Assembly: GCA_050246755.1 (NCBI GenBank)
Contig: JBFWVL010000001.1
Coordinates: 1,198,486-1,262,485, forward strand
Source: Bacteriovoracia bacterium
Lineage (GTDB): Bacteria > Bdellovibrionota > UBA1018 > CAIPTA01
Reading direction: 5' to 3'
DNA length: 64,000 nucleotides
The position numbers and the translations under genes are program-made. Shown piece after piece: positions 60,273-64,000 of the stretch. Numbering within the stretch: the first letter of the stretch is position 1; every line of letters starts with the position of its first letter. The notes beneath the pieces were generated by a model. The model was not told where the DNA came from. It was given only the letters and a program-made list of their open reading frames with translations, and ran no database searches.

Positions 60273-60718
60273 GACGCGGACCTCCGGATTTTTTCCTGCA
60301 ATTTAATCAGCGCATGAATCAATGACTCCGGTCGTGGAGGACAGCCCGGAATAAAAAGATCCACGGGAATTATGGCCTCGAGACCCGGGATACGATGTTT
60401 TCCTTCGGCCGAAAACATTCCACCGGTGCTGGCGCAACTGCCAACGGCCACCACGAATTTTGGATCGCGCATCTCGGCGTAAATCTTTTTCAGTTCTTCG
60501 GCAATGCCGGGAGTTACCGGGCCTGAAACAAAGAGCACATCGGCGTTACGATGATCGGTCACAATCCGGCAACCGAGCCTCTCCCAATCGAATCTCGGTC
60601 CGGAAGCAGCTTCCACTTCCAGGGTACAGCAAGAAAGCCCCACATGATAAACCCATAACGAATCCGCGAGCGCGGATTTTGGCTGAGAGGGAGCGGATTC
60701 TTTTTGGATCTCCATCAT
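60269..60718 (-). CDS. Divergent NuoB-like (PSST-type) subunit with N2-cluster cysteines retained
   Basis: 149 aa; SCCTLEVEA, GSCASTGG, PGCPP: all four N2 cysteine ligands in canonical spacing. Confidence 0.8.
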   Translation of the reverse strand: MMEIQKESAPSQPKSALADSLWVYHVGLSCCTLEVEAASGPRFDWERLGCRIVTDHRNADVLFVSGPVTPGIAEELKKIYAEMRDPKFVVAVGSCASTGGMFSAEGKHRIPGLEAIIPVDLFIPGCPPRPESLIHALIKLQEKIRRSAS

Positions 60719-61137
60719 TGGTTTTCCTTATCGGGCCACTCGAGATTGTCTATCCACTTCAGGTAGCTTTTACGGCCGCCGTACCAAAGTAGGGCCAGCA
60801 TCAACGCGGGAAAAATCAAAACCTTTCCCATCACCAGCCAGCGGTCGTGCATTTCGAGGGAAACTATTTTTTGCCGGTACGAAGCCCACATCGGCAAAGA
60901 GAGTGCGATTCCGCACCAGAGCATTAGCAGCCAAAGAACGTGATAGAATGAACGGAACGCACCTTCCGGGGCGCCGTTCCCTGGCTCACGAATTCCCTGA
61001 ACCTTTTCGAGACGATCCCATAGCACGAGCACCAAAATGGCCACAAAAAGCAGCACTGCTGGAATTAAAAAGAGGAGAAATCTAGAATACATCTGCCGTC
61101 CTTGAGTTTCAGTGCCTCTTCCCACAGCCATATTCAC
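60715..61137 (-). CDS. Divergent NuoA-like small membrane subunit
   Basis: 140 aa (start ambiguous: GTG 61137, ATG 61131 or ATG 61092); three hydrophobic helices; C-terminal YLKWIDNLEW resembles NuoA YEWRRGGLEW. Confidence 0.5.
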   Translation of the reverse strand: MNMAVGRGTETQGRQMYSRFLLFLIPAVLLFVAILVLVLWDRLEKVQGIREPGNGAPEGAFRSFYHVLWLLMLWCGIALSLPMWASYRQKIVSLEMHDRWLVMGKVLIFPALMLALLWYGGRKSYLKWIDNLEWPDKENQ

Positions 61138-61194
61138 CCGGCGGCAATGCCGATCCGGATCCTTGAAATGCCTAATGTGAGAACTGACCTAGGA

Positions 61195-61223
61195 AGCGTA
61201 AGAACTTTGCAGGAACGTGTCAA
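61195..61223 (-). promoter_or_regulatory. Candidate sigma-70 promoter for the divergent complex I-like cluster (TTGACA-N17-TACGCT, minus strand)
   Basis: Minus strand reads TTGACA (61223..61218), 17-nt spacer, TACGCT (61200..61195), in the 114-nt divergent intergenic region shared with mfd. Confidence 0.35.
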
Positions 61224-61251
61224 GAATTATGCTGTAATATGGGATAGTTAG

Positions 61252-64000
61252 ATGTCGCAATCCGCCGGTAAAAAACAGTCCGCAGTTTCGCTCAACGGGC
61301 TTTCCCCGGCGGCCTTCGCTTATCTGCTTCCGGAACTTCTGAGCGAAGGCAATGAATTGCGGGCAGTTGTGCTCGTAAGCGATGAGAGCGCGGCGGACCA
61401 AGTTGCGGAAGATATCGCTTTTTTTGCGGACTTTCGGGGCGGTGCGTGGAAACACACTTCCTTGTTACGTTTGGGGGGGTGGGAGCAAAGCCCTTACCGA
61501 AACCTCCAGCCCGGTCTTTCCGCCCGGCTCGATCGCATCAAAGCGAGTCACTTTCTCGTTTCACCCAGCTCCAACCGAAACTGGATTCTGGTCAGCTCCG
61601 CCCGTTCATTTCTTCAGGCCGCCGCCACCCGCGAGCATTTAACCGAAACGGTTCAAGTGGGTAAGGGCATCGCTATTCATCCGGAAACCTTAGCCGCCCA
61701 ACTTACTAAAATAGGCTACACGAAAACCGAAAACGTAGAAGATCCCGGAAACTTCAGCGTGAGGGGCGGGATCGTGGATGTATTTCCCCCTTCGCTGGAA
61801 AATCCCGTGCGCCTTGAATTCTTCGATGAGGAAATCGAGTCCGTTCGCATATTCAATCCCGAAACTCAACGCAGCGTGCGCCTGCTTTCCGAAAAAGAAA
61901 CCGTAGAACTGATCCCGGTACGCGAGTTCACCTGCGATCCCCTGAGCCTCGCCGCGGCCAGAGAAACGATCAAGGAATGGTGTGATCAGCACGATCTCCC
62001 GCGGGCGGCAAGGGAAAGAATAGGCCTATTGCTGAGCCAAGGCGTGGCCACGCCCGAAATGGATTATTTGCTGCCCTTTTTCCGGAACGAGCAAACCTGG
62101 CCGGTCCAGCTTTTACCTCCCGGCGTAACCCTTTGCATTTTCGAGCCAGAAATCTTCCGCGAAACCGTGGCGGCCTGGCGGGAAAAAGAAGAAGAACTAT
62201 ATAAGAACAGTTTAGATAGGCAGCAGGTAGTTCCCGAGCCCGATCGATTGTTCATGCCGCTCAACACCGCGCTCGCCCCGGAACGCTGGAATAAAATTAT
62301 GGAAACCCGCGAGCTCGCCCTCGGCGAAGGTTCGCCGCGCTTCGAGCGCATCCGGCTGGGATCCAAGAAAAAAGCCACCGACATGCCGGGCCTCATGCGC
62401 ACCCTCACAAGTATGCGGGAGCGCGGCACCACCACGGTTATAGTGGCGAATTCTCAGTCGCAGCTCGATCGCGTACTTTTCCTGCTCAATCAAAGTAAAG
62501 TGCGCGCGGTGGCGGTGAAGGGTGAATTCGACCTGCCGAAAGATCCCTCGATCGTAGCCCTTGCGCTCGGCCAGCTCTCCGAGAGTTTTCACCTCCTCGA
62601 GAAAAAAATCGCTTTCCTTTCCGAAGACGAGATCTTCGGTGAAAAACAGCATATTCACCGGCCGGGACGTAAGCGTTCCGCGGCGCCCACCGTTACGATG
62701 GACGATCTCGTAGCGGGCGATATGGTGGTGCATATCGAGCACGGAATCGGACGTTACGTGGGGCTGGCGCGGGTAAAAGCGCTGGGCAATGAGGGCGATT
62801 TCGTTCAGCTGGAATATGCCGACGGCGATAAGCTTTATATTCCGGTTTACCGCCTCGAAGGCCTTTCCCGCTACGTGGGAACATCGGGCGAAAACGCATC
62901 GCTCGACCGCCTTGGCTCAGGCTCTTTCGCAAAAACGAAAGATAAAGTAAAAGCCGCGATCAAAGACATCGCCCAGGACTTGCTACGGGTACAGGCTGAG
63001 CGCGAGCTCCGCGAGGGTTACGCCTTTTCCTCTCCCGACGACGAATATCGCCGCTTTGAAGCCGAATTCCCTTTCGACGAAACGCCGGACCAGGCCAAAG
63101 CCATTCAGGAAACTATCGATGATATGACCGAAGGAAAGCCCATGGATCGTCTCGTATGCGGCGACGTGGGTTTTGGAAAAACGGAAGTGGCCATCCGGGC
63201 GGCGTTCAAGGCCGCCCAGGATGGGAAGCAGGTGGCGGTGCTGGTGCCCACCACGATCCTCGCCGAGCAGCACTACCTCACGTTCAGTCAAAGAATTTCT
63301 TCTTACCCCTTTAAGATCGCAAGTCTCTCTCGCTTCAAAACGCGCAAAGAACAAGCCGAGATCCTAGAAAATCTGGCGGCCGGAAAAATAGACATCGCGA
63401 TCGGAACGCATCGTTTGCTTTCCAAAGACGTAAAATTTAAAGAGCTCGGCCTCGTGATCATCGACGAAGAACAGCGCTTCGGCGTGGAGCACAAGGAAAA
63501 ATTAAAACAACTGAAGGCTACGACCGACGTGCTCACGCTCACGGCCACGCCCATTCCCCGCACCCTGCAGATGTCGCTGATGGGCTTAAAAGACGTGAGC
63601 ATCATCCGCACCCCGCCGGGCGATCGCCTTTCTATCAAAACCCACCTCGCTACTTTCGATCACGAACTGATCCGCGACGCGATTCGCACCGAGCTCAGCC
63701 GGGGCGGGCAAGTTTTTTTCATCCATAATCGCATACAAACCATTGGAAAAATGGAAGAGTTGCTTCAGCGGCTGGTGCCCGAGGCGAAATTCGTAGTGGC
63801 GCATGGCCAGATGGCCGAGGGACAGCTCGAGCGGGCCATGATCGGCTTTTATCAGAAAAAGTTCGACGTGCTGATCGCTACCGCCATTATCGAAAATGGT
63901 CTCGACGTGCCCAACGCGAACACGCTGATAGTAAATCGTGCCGATACCTTCGGCCTCTCGCAACTTTACCAAATCCGGGGCCGCGTGGGCCGCTCCCAGA
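61252..64000 (+). CDS. mfd: Transcription-repair coupling factor Mfd (N-terminal ~916 aa; runs off window end)
   Basis: Open frame from ATG 61252 to the window edge (absent from ORF track, no stop in window). Translation contains [37 protein letters not shown], helicase motif [16 protein letters not shown], and motif [11 protein letters not shown] at the window edge. Confidence 0.9.
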   Translation, partial: MSQSAGKKQSAVSLNGLSPAAFAYLLPELLSEGNELRAVVLVSDESAADQVAEDIAFFADFRGGAWKHTSLLRLGGWEQSPYRNLQPGLSARLDRIKASHFLVSPSSNRNWILVSSARSFLQAAATREHLTETVQVGKGIAIHPETLAAQLTKIGYTKTENVEDPGNFSVRGGIVDVFPPSLENPVRLEFFDEEIESVRIFNPETQRSVRLLSEKETVELIPVREFTCDPLSLAAARETIKEWCDQHDLPRAARERIGLLLSQGVATPEMDYLLPFFRNEQTWPVQLLPPGVTLCIFEPEIFRETVAAWREKEEELYKNSLDRQQVVPEPDRLFMPLNTALAPERWNKIMETRELALGEGSPRFERIRLGSKKKATDMPGLMRTLTSMRERGTTTVIVANSQSQLDRVLFLLNQSKVRAVAVKGEFDLPKDPSIVALALGQLSESFHLLEKKIAFLSEDEIFGEKQHIHRPGRKRSAAPTVTMDDLVAGDMVVHIEHGIGRYVGLARVKALGNEGDFVQLEYADGDKLYIPVYRLEGLSRYVGTSGENASLDRLGSGSFAKTKDKVKAAIKDIAQDLLRVQAERELREGYAFSSPDDEYRRFEAEFPFDETPDQAKAIQETIDDMTEGKPMDRLVCGDVGFGKTEVAIRAAFKAAQDGKQVAVLVPTTILAEQHYLTFSQRISSYPFKIASLSRFKTRKEQAEILENLAAGKIDIAIGTHRLLSKDVKFKELGLVIIDEEQRFGVEHKEKLKQLKATTDVLTLTATPIPRTLQMSLMGLKDVSIIRTPPGDRLSIKTHLATFDHELIRDAIRTELSRGGQVFFIHNRIQTIGKMEELLQRLVPEAKFVVAHGQMAEGQLERAMIGFYQKKFDVLIATAIIENGLDVPNANTLIVNRADTFGLSQLYQIRGRVGRSQ

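Noticed and set aside
1-64000. CRISPR arrays, insertion sequences, prophage genes
   Set aside because: No regularly spaced direct repeats and no transposase, integrase or phage structural gene translations seen anywhere in the window.

Overview
This window is a moderately GC-rich chromosomal segment from a flagellated Gram-negative bacterium; it looks like ordinary core genome, with no CRISPR array, transposase or integrase. The standout is at 50557..61137 (minus strand): a second, highly divergent complex I-like cluster of twelve genes sitting 42 nt upstream of, and co-directional with, a canonical 14-gene nuoA-N operon (37113..50514). It has NuoA/B/C/D/H/I/J/K-like genes plus four large antiporter-like membrane subunits and no NuoE/F/G. 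Fe-S cysteine motifs in the NuoB-like and NuoI-like proteins are intact, but the quinone-site histidines of the NuoD-like protein and the conserved membrane-arm acidic/lysine residues appear replaced, and there are no NiFe-hydrogenase cysteine motifs. Other content, in order: a partial family-5 ABC substrate-binding protein, two overlapping PAS sensor kinases, an S66 LD-carboxypeptidase, a tRNA(CAU), a LysM protein coupled to a Gly-rich lipoprotein, a membrane sensor kinase, the rpsU-yqeY-dnaG-rpoD operon, maeB, ridA, nadK, recN, a DegT aminotransferase, hemW, grpE-dnaK-dnaJ, a TPR/LppC-like protein, fliD-fliS with four uncharacterized genes, a sensor kinase/CheY-like pair, and the start of mfd. 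All calls rest on reading the translations by eye; no database search was run.
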